From a virus (lineage: Duplodnaviria > Caudoviricetes): a stretch of 58,197 bases of DNA. The notes beneath the pieces were generated by a model. It was not told where the DNA came from and did not search any database. It saw only the letters and a list, made by a program, of their open reading frames with translations. Shown here one piece after another: positions 28,963 to 38,391 of the stretch. A program made the translations under genes and the position numbers. Where the stretch lies: IMG/VR virus record IMGVR_UViG_3300024981_000262, positions 1 through 58,197 of that record, one strand, 5' to 3'. Numbering within the stretch: position 1 is the stretch's first letter; the number at the start of each line of letters is the position of its first letter.

Positions 28963-30018
28963 CTACTTCTTTGTCATCGACTGTGCAATCAATTCCTTCA
29001 GCTCACGCATGGATTCGGCGATGGCGTCCAGTCCTTTGTCTTCGACACTCTCGTTCGAGGCGTTGCCGGGTAGCGGCTCCGTTGCCGCTTCGCGCGGCAT
29101 GTCAACGTTCATCGTGGTCATGTCGGGCGCGCTGGATTGCGCGCGCCTGGGCGTCCTTGGCGCGCGCTGCTTTGATGCAGCGGCGGACGATGCGCCGGAT
29201 GCGTCGTTGGATGCTTTTGCCCTGGACGTCTTGGGCCGCGCGGCGGCAGGCCGTTTCGTGGCTGTCGGTCGCGGTACTCCTGGGGCCTGTTTCTCCGTGA
29301 CCTTTTCGAGCATCACCGTCAGTTCACTGGACGGCAGCGCGAGAAAGTCCGGCCACGAGAAACCGTAGTGCTTCTGGAAGTAGGTCTCAAGACCTTTCGG
29401 TCCCATGCCGATCGGTTTGTTCTGCGAGAGGATGTCGTCCTCATCGCAGCCGGGAGCGAAGCGGCGGACCATGTATCCCGCCTTGCCCCCGCAGTAGGCG
29501 CGGAACGTTGCTCCCAGGGGAGACATGAGGCGGCGGAACTTGTCGTTGAGAGCCTTGACGAAGGCGATTTGCTCTGGCGTGGGTTCGAGCCCATCGAGGG
29601 ATGTGTCGCCGAGGCCGCTTCCTCTCGCCGTCGTTTTCGAGAATGCTTGCCGCCGCGCCAACTGCTCGCGCCACGGCGACCGAAAGATGCGGAAGAGACT
29701 GCGGCTCTGACGCTCCTGGCTCTGACGCCCTTGGCTCTGACGCCGCTCGCGGCGTGGGGTGCGTGGTTCCTCACATGGCACTCGCGGCGGCGTAGCCCTG
29801 GTCTTCCTTGTTCCACTACTGTGTCTGGTCACGCTACTGCGCCGTGGACGCTCTTCTGCTGGCTCCGTTCGCCGCGTTCGTGTGGTGTATTTCGGCGGCG
29901 TAGTGTGGCGACGCGCGTGCCGCACCGAGGAGCCGGAGGATCGTGGTTCCAGACATGTCACGCCGATCGTGACGTGTTCGTCGGCATAGCGACTGCCGGA
30001 GGTATGAAGAGAACGCAT
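28963..30018 (-). CDS. Hypothetical protein with Arg-rich N-terminal half (possible DNA-binding core protein)
   Basis: Very basic first ~130 aa ending at GSGLGD; start moved from 30135 to ATG 30018. Confidence 0.65.
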   Translation of the reverse strand: MRSLHTSGSRYADEHVTIGVTCLEPRSSGSSVRHARRHTTPPKYTTRTRRTEPAEERPRRSSVTRHSSGTRKTRATPPRVPCEEPRTPRRERRQSQGRQSQERQSRSLFRIFRSPWREQLARRQAFSKTTARGSGLGDTSLDGLEPTPEQIAFVKALNDKFRRLMSPLGATFRAYCGGKAGYMVRRFAPGCDEDDILSQNKPIGMGPKGLETYFQKHYGFSWPDFLALPSSELTVMLEKVTEKQAPGVPRPTATKRPAAARPKTSRAKASNDASGASSAAASKQRAPRTPRRAQSSAPDMTTMNVDMPREAATEPLPGNASNESVEDKGLDAIAESMRELKELIAQSMTKK

Positions 30019-30119
30019 TGTGTACTCGTGACAGATATGAAAGGAAGGAACATGCTTGCTGCGGCGTGAATGCTGCGGCGTATGGAACGGGTAGTATGGA
30101 CCTGCCTGGTGAACGTTCA

Positions 30120-30428
30120 TCAGGCAGTCATGCACACGCGCACACGCTTCGTCGTGCGCTTGGACGGTTTCCTCTTCCTGGCGGCACGGCGTGCGCGCTT
30201 GGGCGCCTTCCTCTTCCTGGCGGCATGGCGTGCCCGCTTCGACGCTTTCTTCGTTATGGTGCGCTTGGCAGAGGTCGTCGCCTTACCCCGTTTCGTTGTC
30301 CTCTTCTGCGCCGTGGTCTTCTTCGCCTTCCCTGCTGTGGAAGTGGTGCTACGCTTCGTCGTGCGCGTTGTCGCACGCGATGGTGCGCGTTTCGTGCGGC
30401 CTTTCGCACTTATGCGTTTCGTTGCCAT
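30120..30428 (-). CDS. Histone-H1/protamine-like K/R/T/A-rich protein
   Basis: MATKRISAKGRTKR...AARKRKAPKRARRAARKRK; no acidic residues. Confidence 0.75.
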   Translation of the reverse strand: MATKRISAKGRTKRAPSRATTRTTKRSTTSTAGKAKKTTAQKRTTKRGKATTSAKRTITKKASKRARHAARKRKAPKRARRAARKRKPSKRTTKRVRVCMTA

Positions 30429-30510
30429 GTCGTCGGCTCCGGGTCGTGATGGGAACGTGCTTGATGTCCTCTTGCGGCGTTCCCTTCATCCGACGTCTTC
30501 GATGCCCATG

Positions 30511-30687
30511 CTATGCCTTGTTCCTGGTAGCCTCGCTGCCCGTGGAAATGGTCTGCCGCCGGATGATGGTCATCTGATACCAGGAGAGGGCAAGACTCCC
30601 CAGGCCAACGATCATCGACACGACGGCTGCTGCCGTGGAAATGTCGATCCGTCCGTCACGGCCACGCGCGCTTCGCGCCGTCTTCAT
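30511..30687 (-). CDS. Small single-TM protein (58 aa, below the ORF-track cutoff)
   Basis: Own translation MKTARSARGRDGRIDISTAAAVVSMIVGLGSLALSWYQ...; ATGA overlap with the upstream stop. Confidence 0.6.
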   Translation of the reverse strand: MKTARSARGRDGRIDISTAAAVVSMIVGLGSLALSWYQMTIIRRQTISTGSEATRNKA

Positions 30688-31097
30688 CGCGCGCGCCGCC
30701 GCGATCCAGACCGCCGCGTCTTTGTTGGACCGTCATCCAGTGCCTGGGAATAGCTACCGTCGTCCAGAGACCTGGCATACCTGCCATCACCCAGGGATTT
30801 GGCGTACCGGCCATCGCTCAAACCTTTGGACTTCTTCGTTCGGGAGAGCAGAACGGCGGCGACCAGAAGAGCCGCGACACTTCCTCCCGCAAGAATTTTC
30901 TCCATGCGGGAATACGGCGGCTTGCCATCGATCTCGTGCCGCTGCCAGAATGACGGGGACGCGTCGTCCATAAGGTGATCGTAGCTCGTCTTGCGGCAAT
31001 CGGCACAATCGGCCAGTGATGCCGATGCCATCGCTGCCGGGGGCAGGGCGTCGGGGTGCGACATGGGCATCGTCGGAACAAGAGATGTCGTCGTCAT
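30684..31097 (-). CDS. Single-TM protein with CxxC and four tandem 9-aa LxDG repeats
   Basis: TM ILAGGSVAALLVAAVLL; GLSDGRYAKSLGDGRYARSLDDGSYSQALDDG; 27-bp period at 30730/30757/30784/30811. Confidence 0.75.
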   Translation of the reverse strand: MTTTSLVPTMPMSHPDALPPAAMASASLADCADCRKTSYDHLMDDASPSFWQRHEIDGKPPYSRMEKILAGGSVAALLVAAVLLSRTKKSKGLSDGRYAKSLGDGRYARSLDDGSYSQALDDGPTKTRRSGSRRRAR

Positions 31098-31160
31098 GAG
31101 AGAGTACCTTTCGTAGTCAGAGAAGGATGAATGCGTGTAGGGCGTTAGGTGCCGCCATGC

Positions 31161-31304
31161 TTATTTCGGATCGCCTGCGGTTGCTGCGCCCTGCACGACG
31201 TAGATGGTACCTGCCGCAACAAGCAGAAGACATGCGAGGGTTACGATGCCGAAGACAGGGTGAGGTGCCGCCGAGTCATTGTCCTGGGACTGGGTAGTCG
31301 TCAT
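31161..31304 (-). CDS. Small single-TM protein (47 aa)
   Basis: VFGIVTLACLLLVAAGTIYVV; ATGA overlap at 31301-31304. Confidence 0.6.
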   Translation of the reverse strand: MTTTQSQDNDSAAPHPVFGIVTLACLLLVAAGTIYVVQGAATAGDPK

Positions 31305-32191
31305 GGTGTCACCACGGGAAGAGGTGCATGGGTACGTATCTGCCTGGAGTATCCTGTATGATCCGAGAGGCGGCGCGGCGTGCGGCCTGCGCTCCTTCGT
31401 TCGCTTCTTCGTCTCATGCGCCAGGAAGCAGGCCATGTGTCAATGAGATACTTCGCGCCGCCGAAGACGCCAACGATCACGGCCGCCGTCATGATCGTCG
31501 AACCGACGGACGAAAAGTCGGTAATGCCTGCAAGCTGTGTGGGGCCGCTACTCTGCTGCATCTCTCCATCGTTCTGAGCCTGGCGAACGATCGATGCCGT
31601 CAGCGACTGCGCCATCCCGCCCGTGATGAGTGCGCCGAAGACGGGAATGCCCCAACGGGTCTTTTTCTGTCCAGGCGGATTACGCCACTTCCACAGACCA
31701 TAGCCCGACGCGGCAGTGGTACCGATTCCGACGCCGATGGAAAGCGGATGATACAGGGCGCGCGTCATGAGGGCCGTTTCCCGGTCGGTTGCGGGATTCG
31801 GCGGCTGGGCCGCACCCGACGTATCGGCAATCGGATTCTGTGAACGTTGGTAGAGGAACCACGATGCCGCACCATGCGTGATCGTTCCGGCGAAAAGGCC
31901 GCCAAGCGCAGGAACGAGATACCGAGCGAGTGCGGAGCGTGGCCGCTGGCGGCGCAGCCTAGTGATGCCGTAGGCCGCACCTGCGCCGCCCAGGATGCCA
32001 CTGGCAATGGCGACGGGGCTGCGTGCCGACTCGATCATCCTGCCGACGTCGGCGGCATAGTCCCTGGGCGCATCATCGCTGAGCGTCCGCGCTCTCACGG
32101 CCGCCGGAGAAAATCTCTGTCCCGGCGCAGTACGCGCCGATGCACGCATAGCCATGAGTGTCTCCAGTGGCGTCTGTTGCAACCGATTCAT
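31301..32191 (-). CDS. Multi-TM membrane protein (candidate virion membrane protein)
   Basis: About five Gly/Ala-rich hydrophobic segments separated by basic loops. Confidence 0.7.
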   Translation of the reverse strand: MNRLQQTPLETLMAMRASARTAPGQRFSPAAVRARTLSDDAPRDYAADVGRMIESARSPVAIASGILGGAGAAYGITRLRRQRPRSALARYLVPALGGLFAGTITHGAASWFLYQRSQNPIADTSGAAQPPNPATDRETALMTRALYHPLSIGVGIGTTAASGYGLWKWRNPPGQKKTRWGIPVFGALITGGMAQSLTASIVRQAQNDGEMQQSSGPTQLAGITDFSSVGSTIMTAAVIVGVFGGAKYLIDTWPASWRMRRRSERRSAGRTPRRLSDHTGYSRQIRTHAPLPVVTP

Positions 32192-32256
32192 GACAAGTCA
32201 TCCTTACGTTGTTCACGGTATTCCTACGCCCACGAAGCGCCGGAAAGGGCACCATC

Positions 32257-32499
32257 CTACCAATGTCCTTCGGGACATCGTTCCTGTGGGTCGCGCGTCT
32301 TCAGACGCACGGGACACCCGCATCTCCGGCACCGTGCGCTGAGAGCATTCAGGTCCGGACATGCCATACAGATGACAAGACGCTCATGCGATGCGTCCGT
32401 ATCCGTCATGCGGCGTGCAGCCATTCCTTCGGCGATCGCATAGCATTCCATTCGCACGTGTGTCACATTCGTCCTGGCCTCTAACATCCGTCCCGTCAT
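32257..32499 (-). CDS. Small Cys-rich protein (DUF6171-like)
   Basis: RLVICMAC...CRRCGC...KT...CPEGHW pattern; ATGA overlap with the lysozyme stop. Confidence 0.7.
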   Translation of the reverse strand: MTGRMLEARTNVTHVRMECYAIAEGMAARRMTDTDASHERLVICMACPDLNALSARCRRCGCPVRLKTRDPQERCPEGHW

Positions 32500-33002
32500 A
32501 CCCGTCCCGATAGGGCCTTGAGCGCGCCGAAGACGAGCCATGAGGCAAGGGCCTTATTGCTGCTTTCGGTCTTGCCCTCGAACATGGCTACCTCCGCCCG
32601 TCGTCGTCGGACGAGGCCCCGGAGCTTCTTTCCTTTGGCGGTAATGGCGCTCACGAGCCACGCTTTCGCTGCCTCATTGAACCGCCTGGCATTGATGAGG
32701 CCGAGCAGGTCACTTCGCTGCAATCCGCCGCAGCCACGGTTGAACGCATACGAGACGACGGCGTTGTACTGGCCCTGTGTCAACTCTGACCGTACGTTGT
32801 TCGTTACGCATGTCTCGAAGCGTTCGACGTCCTGCTCCAGAAACCGAATTGCCTGTTGCTGCGTGATCTTCATGCCCTTGGTGACACCGCCTGTATGGCC
32901 ATAGCCGATGGTCCATACCCCGCCGGAATCCTGGTAGGCGCGCAGGCGCACGCCCTCATGCTTGGTGATCATGGCGATTCCTGCTGCGTCGATGCGTTTC
33001 AT
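32496..33002 (-). CDS. GH24 phage lysozyme with hydrophobic C-terminal tail
   Basis: HEGVRLRAYQDSGGVWTIGYGHT (E-D-T triad); GLVRRRRAEVAMF; tail ALASWLVFGALKAL. Confidence 0.93.
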   Translation of the reverse strand: MKRIDAAGIAMITKHEGVRLRAYQDSGGVWTIGYGHTGGVTKGMKITQQQAIRFLEQDVERFETCVTNNVRSELTQGQYNAVVSYAFNRGCGGLQRSDLLGLINARRFNEAAKAWLVSAITAKGKKLRGLVRRRRAEVAMFEGKTESSNKALASWLVFGALKALSGRV

Positions 33003-33517
33003 GTCAGCTTCCTTTCATGCCAGTAGAGTCCTGCGGCAAGTGCGGCGGCGAGTCCGACATGCCACCAAACGAATCCTTGTTCCTCGGCGATGTTGCGGGC
33101 CGTGGCCGTGAGGACGGCCGCGTCGACCCCGCCGGGGGCGATGCCAGCCCCCTTACGGTGCTGCCCGATATGTACATGATGCAGTCCCGCCGACGGTCCA
33201 CGGTATTCCCGCCAACCCTCCCGCGGGCGCAGCGACGTCCAGATGCGTTTGGTTTCGTAGACGATGATTTCCTGAATGCCCAATACCTCCGCATTACTTC
33301 GCGCCCACTCGGCCATCCTGTCCCGCGCGCCCTGGGGCGGTACGACATCGACGGCCCGGCCTTCGGCGTGCAGGGAGAGGCGGTCCGCGCCGCGTATGGT
33401 TCTTGCAACGTAGATGCCAAGGGACCTGGCACCCGGCCATTCGCGTCGTACACGTTCCCATAGCGCAAGCGTGCCGGGCGCGGGACCTTTTGCGTCGTAG
33501 GTCGCGAAGTCATACAT
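32999..33517 (-). CDS. Zn-dependent M15/Hedgehog-DD-peptidase-fold cell-wall peptidase with C-terminal TM
   Basis: SLHAEGRAVD (SxHxxGxAxD) and HHVHI; TM WWHVGLAAALAAGLYW. Confidence 0.8.
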   Translation of the reverse strand: MYDFATYDAKGPAPGTLALWERVRREWPGARSLGIYVARTIRGADRLSLHAEGRAVDVVPPQGARDRMAEWARSNAEVLGIQEIIVYETKRIWTSLRPREGWREYRGPSAGLHHVHIGQHRKGAGIAPGGVDAAVLTATARNIAEEQGFVWWHVGLAAALAAGLYWHERKLT

Positions 33518-33526
33518 GCTCTGGCC

Positions 33527-33988
33527 TCATTCCTTGCGCCGCTCGCTTCCCGTGATGATGTTGCCGAGAAGGCACTCCACCGCATTACCGGGCAGCGTGA
33601 GCGCCTCCACGAGCGATTCGGCGATGCCGTGCCACTCGACGTCGTGGTCCGTGCTGTTCATTTCCTGCTCGAAGGCAGCGAGACGACGACGGTCGTCGTC
33701 CGTCAGGTTGTAGGCGACGCGTTCACCGCTCGCGACCACGTCGCCGTCGGCATACGGGCGCAAGACCTCCTTCGTCGCTTCGGAGATGACGACCAGCCGG
33801 GGCGTACGCCCCTCGATGAGGCGTTCCGTGAACTCACGTCCGATCGCATGTGCCTCGTCAACGATGGTGCGAACGATGCGCAGATTCTTGGCGATCAGAT
33901 AGCCGATCGGCAGGACCATGTTACCGAGCGTTGTGAGCGCATCACGGATCGCCGTGAGTTCTGCGAGGGTGTGTGCCGAGCGTGCCAT
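33527..33988 (-). CDS. Hypothetical protein next to the fibre gene (possible chaperone)
   Basis: Position downstream of the fibre; YLIAKNLR motif reminiscent of phage fibre-adjacent proteins. Confidence 0.6.
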   Translation of the reverse strand: MARSAHTLAELTAIRDALTTLGNMVLPIGYLIAKNLRIVRTIVDEAHAIGREFTERLIEGRTPRLVVISEATKEVLRPYADGDVVASGERVAYNLTDDDRRRLAAFEQEMNSTDHDVEWHGIAESLVEALTLPGNAVECLLGNIITGSERRKE

Positions 33989-34066
33989 TGGTAGTCCTGG
34001 AATGTGATGTGGTGTATGTGTTGTGGTGAGAACTGTTCGTGATGAAGAGAATCGTTGCCGATAGTG

Positions 34067-36964
34067 TTATTGCCAGGCGACGGCTCCGGAGACGACGGTA
34101 AGCGTCTGGCCGTTCGTGCCGATCGGCAGGCGTGTCGTCACGCCGCCGATGCGGACAACGATGTCTCCGTCACTCGTGAGCGGATCGTTGTAGAAGGCGA
34201 CCGTCTGCCATGCAGGTAGGCCCGCCGAGGCGATGAGGAATTGACCGTTCGTACCGATCGCAAGACGCGACGTGATGTTCGCGCCGTTGCGGTAGATGAC
34301 GTCGCCGATCGTTGTCATAGGATCGCTGTAGATGACGACGCTCTGCCAACCCGGCACGCCACTTCCGATGCGCAGAAACTGTCCGTTGGCGCCCGCAGGT
34401 AGGCGCGCCGTGACATTCGATCCATTGCGGTAGACGAGGTCGCCGGTCGTCGTCATGGGATCACTGTACAGGGCAGGCGGCGTCTGCCACGCCGGAAGAC
34501 CCGAAGCCACCACGAGTTGCTGGCCGTTCGTGCCGACCGGCAGGCGCGTCGTCACGCCGCCGCTGCGCATGAGAAGATCACCGTTGGTGTTGAGCGGATC
34601 CGCATAGATCGTTACGGTCTGCCACGCCGGAAGGCCCGCAGCCACGACGAGGTGTTGGCCGTTCGTGCCGACCGGCAGGCGTGTGGTAATGCCGCCGCTG
34701 CGCATGAGAAGATCACCGTTAGTGTTGAGCGGATCCGCATAGATCGTTACGGTCTGCCACGCCGGAAGCCCGCCGACGATGCGCAGGAACTGGCCGATGC
34801 TTCCAACCGCAAGGCGTGTCGTCGTCGTGTTGAAGTAGAGAAGATCTCCATCTGCGGCAAGCGGGTTGACATACAGGCTGACGGTCTGCCACGTTGGTAG
34901 GCCGCCGGAGATGCGCAGGAACTGGCCTGCGGTGCCGGGAGCGAGACGCGTTGTCACGCCTGCGGAGCGCATAAGCATGTCGCCATTCAGGCTTAGCGGA
35001 TCGACATATCCTGCTGTGGGCGTCTGCCACGTGGGCGCGCCCGTTGCTACGACAAGTTGTTGTCCGTTCGTGCCGATCGCCAGGCGTGTCGTCGTGCCGC
35101 CGCTGCGCACGAGAAGGTCGCCGTCCACGGCAAGCGGATCGGTATACAGGCTCACGGTCTGCCACGCGGGACGTCCAGTAGCGGAGACACGCAGGAACTG
35201 ACCAAGGCTTCCGATCGCCAGGCGCGTCGTGGACGCATCGAAGTATAGAAGATCACCCGCCGTCGTGAGCGGATCGGCATAAAGGCCAACGGTCTGCCAC
35301 GCCGGGCGTCCTGCAACCGAGACACGAAGAAACTGACCTGTACTCCCGACCGCCAGGCGCGTCGTGGACGCATCGAAGTACAGAAGATCACCCGCCGTCG
35401 TGAGCGGATCGACATATCCGGCACCGCCTGTCTGCCATGTCGGAAGACCGGCAACGACGGTCAGTACCATACCGTTCGTGCCGATCGCCAGACGTGTCGT
35501 CGTGCCGCCGCTGCGCACGAGAAGGTCGCCGTCCACGGCAAGCGGATCGGTATACAGGCTCACGGTCTGCCACGCGGGACGTCCAGTAGCGGAGACACGC
35601 AGGAACTGACCAAGGCTTCCGATCGCCAGGCGCGTCGTGGACGCATCGAAGTATAGAAGATCACCCGCCGTCGTGAGCGGATCGACATATCCCGCCGTCG
35701 GCGTCTGCCATGTGGGCACGCCTGTTGCAACGACGAGGTGTTGTCCGTTCGTGCCGATGGCCAGGCGCGTCGTCACGCCGCCGCTGCGCACGAGAAGGTC
35801 GCCGTTGATGCTGAGCGGGTCAACATATCCCGTCGTCCACGAAAGCCCGCCCGCGCCGTCCGTCGTGAGTACCTGTCCGTTCGTTCCTGCCGCCCCTGGC
35901 AGCGTGAACGTCGGCGTGCCCGATGCCGCAGGACGAAGGCCGACGTAGACGACGGATGTTCCGATACGAAGCTCGCCATCAGACAAGAGCCGCAGACGTT
36001 CCGTGAGCGGTCCTCCCGCATGAACCGTCGTCCATGTGTGTTGCGAGGACGTTGCTCCGTCCGCCGGATCGAGCCATGACACATAGTGCTGTCCGGCGAT
36101 GGGCGAGGTCGTCGCCGTCCGAAGACGAAAGGCGGTGCCGACACCATAGCCCGATGCAATGGATGCGAACGCCGTCGTGTCGTGACCGATAACAAGCGGG
36201 GTCTGCACCGTATTCGTGTCGCCGATCTGTGCGGCGGCAAGGACCCCTATGAGGGAGGGCGTTCGCGTGATGCCAGCGACGGCGGCATCGCCATACGCTC
36301 CCGTGTATCCCAGGGCCGCATCCAGAAGTGCGCCCGGCGTCGTCACACTGACGGTAAGAAGACTCGTTCCCGTCTGTGCTGGTCCTGTAGCCATGATCGC
36401 GGCAGCCGTGCCCGCACTGCGCGTGACGGCAAGGCCCGTCGTCGTGAGGCCCAACGCCGACACCGTCATCGCATTCCCGGTATTGGACGTCGCCAGTGCG
36501 AGCTGTCCCGTCGGGGCATTGAACGTGAAGGCTGCCGAGCCGCCGAACGCGCCCGCAGCGTTGTATTGCACCTGGGACGGTGCGCCGCCCGGCACTGCGC
36601 CCGGCACTGCGGCCCACTGGCTGTCCCCACGCAGGAAGGTCCCCGCGCTCGGCGCGCCATTGCCGAGTCGGGCCGTAGTGAAAACGCCGCTTGTGACCTT
36701 CGCCGCATCGAGCGCAGGAATGTCTACGGGATCGAGAATGCGAAAGACGGGCACGCCGCCGCCGGGGGGAGCGGCCCATACGCTGCTTGCGCTCTGCGGC
36801 AGGGCGGCGACGCCAATAGTCCCATCTGCCGTCAGCGGACTTCCGGTCACGACGAATGGTGCGGGCATGGCAAGACCCACGGACGTCAAACCGCCGCTTG
36901 CCGGTGGTGGGACATACTGCGCAAGACCGGAGTCCAGACCAATGTATCGTGTATCGAGTGACAT
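34067..36964 (-). CDS. Fibre/spike protein with 13 tandem ~45-aa repeats
   Basis: Gly/Thr/Ala-rich; QVQYNAAGAFGG and GTNGQVLTTDGAGGLSW fibre motifs; repeat YxDPL..GDLL....TTRLxIGxNGQxLxV..GxPxWQT. Confidence 0.85.
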   Translation of the reverse strand: MSLDTRYIGLDSGLAQYVPPPASGGLTSVGLAMPAPFVVTGSPLTADGTIGVAALPQSASSVWAAPPGGGVPVFRILDPVDIPALDAAKVTSGVFTTARLGNGAPSAGTFLRGDSQWAAVPGAVPGGAPSQVQYNAAGAFGGSAAFTFNAPTGQLALATSNTGNAMTVSALGLTTTGLAVTRSAGTAAAIMATGPAQTGTSLLTVSVTTPGALLDAALGYTGAYGDAAVAGITRTPSLIGVLAAAQIGDTNTVQTPLVIGHDTTAFASIASGYGVGTAFRLRTATTSPIAGQHYVSWLDPADGATSSQHTWTTVHAGGPLTERLRLLSDGELRIGTSVVYVGLRPAASGTPTFTLPGAAGTNGQVLTTDGAGGLSWTTGYVDPLSINGDLLVRSGGVTTRLAIGTNGQHLVVATGVPTWQTPTAGYVDPLTTAGDLLYFDASTTRLAIGSLGQFLRVSATGRPAWQTVSLYTDPLAVDGDLLVRSGGTTTRLAIGTNGMVLTVVAGLPTWQTGGAGYVDPLTTAGDLLYFDASTTRLAVGSTGQFLRVSVAGRPAWQTVGLYADPLTTAGDLLYFDASTTRLAIGSLGQFLRVSATGRPAWQTVSLYTDPLAVDGDLLVRSGGTTTRLAIGTNGQQLVVATGAPTWQTPTAGYVDPLSLNGDMLMRSAGVTTRLAPGTAGQFLRISGGLPTWQTVSLYVNPLAADGDLLYFNTTTTRLAVGSIGQFLRIVGGLPAWQTVTIYADPLNTNGDLLMRSGGITTRLPVGTNGQHLVVAAGLPAWQTVTIYADPLNTNGDLLMRSGGVTTRLPVGTNGQQLVVASGLPAWQTPPALYSDPMTTTGDLVYRNGSNVTARLPAGANGQFLRIGSGVPGWQSVVIYSDPMTTIGDVIYRNGANITSRLAIGTNGQFLIASAGLPAWQTVAFYNDPLTSDGDIVVRIGGVTTRLPIGTNGQTLTVVSGAVAWQ
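34070..35827 (-). repeat. 13 tandem ~132-138-bp coding repeats
   Basis: Counted in the translation; some units are nearly identical at DNA level (about 35066-35275 vs 35474-35683). Confidence 0.9.
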
Positions 36965-36975
36965 GCGGGGGCGCG

Positions 36976-37290
36976 TTACGTGAGAAGGCCGCGCCGACGC
37001 AGTTCGGCACGGACGTAGGGAATGGCCGCCTTCACCTGCCAGCTTTTCAGGCTCCGATAGTCGTAGCCGTTGATCATATCGATTGCCTCGACGGGAACAG
37101 CGTTCGGCAGGGTATACGTCGTCTGCTGCACGGCTGCGCGCCGTCTGGGGAGAATTCTCTTCGCATCGATATACGCTTCGAGGTCACGGAGTGCCGTGCG
37201 GTACTCGCCTGTGGACATTCTCGTGTAATCGATCTCCTGGAGAAGGTCCAGAAGAGCCTGGGGTACGTCCTGGTTGATGGTTGCAATCAT
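36976..37290 (-). CDS. Hypothetical protein
   Basis: Operon-packed ORF. Confidence 0.6.
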   Translation of the reverse strand: MIATINQDVPQALLDLLQEIDYTRMSTGEYRTALRDLEAYIDAKRILPRRRAAVQQTTYTLPNAVPVEAIDMINGYDYRSLKSWQVKAAIPYVRAELRRRGLLT

Positions 37291-37344
37291 CGTGTCGTCG
37301 CTCGTTGTGAAGGTGAAACGTGGTACGTGTGAGTCGCTGTAGTC

Positions 37345-38388
37345 CTATGCCTGCACATGCTGGAACATCATCATGGGGTCCTGGACAATGGGGTACTGAG
37401 TGGCTTGTGGTGCTGCGGCCGCAGCGGATGCGGCAGGCTGACCAGACTCATGTACATGATTCGTGGCCGGCGCAGGCCCATTCGTGACAGGTGTGGCAGG
37501 GAGGTGCTGCCGGACGCGTTTCTCGTGGAGCTTCGTTTCGAGCCACGTTTTCGCCAGTTCACCCGCTGGTTGAATGAACGGGGCAACGAAGTCCATGAGT
37601 CGCTCAAACGTCGATTCGTCGTCATCCTGCAAGGACTCGTCCTTCAGGGCTATGCGTGCTTCTTCGATGGCCTTGCCGCCCAGGATTTCGAGGTCCTTGG
37701 CGTGCAGGGCATTCTGCGTCTCGATGGCACGTGCATGTTCGGTTCTGAGCGCTTCGATGTCACGCTCATGTCGTTCACGGGCAAGCACGAGTTCGTTCTC
37801 GGCGACGAGCCTCTTCTGGTCCGCCTCGATGATCTTCGTATGCAACTCCGACATGCGGCCGACCATCGTCGCATTTTCCGCACGCAGCGAGCGCACGTCG
37901 TCGCGCATCTGGTCGATGATCTCTTCCAGGCTGACGCGGGGAGCCGTCGGCCGGCGGTGGTCTTCAGGAATATGGACGACGATCTGCGGCTGCTGACCAG
38001 AAGCCTGCACGGGTTCCTGGTCGGCATGAGGCTTTTCGTCTCCCAATACGGAGCGAGCATCCTTCGGCGGCTTCATCGTGCCCGTATGCACCAGGCGGTA
38101 TCCATCCGCCGTCTGCTCGTAGAAGAAAAACCTTCTGCCAGGGCGTAGGCCCTCTGGATTCCGGTTCAGGTACTCGGCGAAGGTCGCAATACCCATCTCC
38201 GTGAAGTGCGTGCCGTCATGCTCACGCGGATAGTTGATACCGCTTTCGGATACCGTCAGAAACTGCACCAGCTCGCCGGGATCGATGTCGGCTTGTTCGG
38301 CCCCACGTGCAATAGGACCGAAGAGGTATTGCTTCTGTTTACTGATGCGCACGTCGCGCACGTTCTTGGCCATAGGGATGTCCTCCAT
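37345..38388 (-). CDS. Coiled-coil protein
   Basis: Heptad region LEEIIDQMRDDVRSLRAEN...; VLGD linker after the N-terminal domain. Confidence 0.75.
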   Translation of the reverse strand: MEDIPMAKNVRDVRISKQKQYLFGPIARGAEQADIDPGELVQFLTVSESGINYPREHDGTHFTEMGIATFAEYLNRNPEGLRPGRRFFFYEQTADGYRLVHTGTMKPPKDARSVLGDEKPHADQEPVQASGQQPQIVVHIPEDHRRPTAPRVSLEEIIDQMRDDVRSLRAENATMVGRMSELHTKIIEADQKRLVAENELVLARERHERDIEALRTEHARAIETQNALHAKDLEILGGKAIEEARIALKDESLQDDDESTFERLMDFVAPFIQPAGELAKTWLETKLHEKRVRQHLPATPVTNGPAPATNHVHESGQPAASAAAAAPQATQYPIVQDPMMMFQHVQA

Positions 38389-38391
38389 TGG

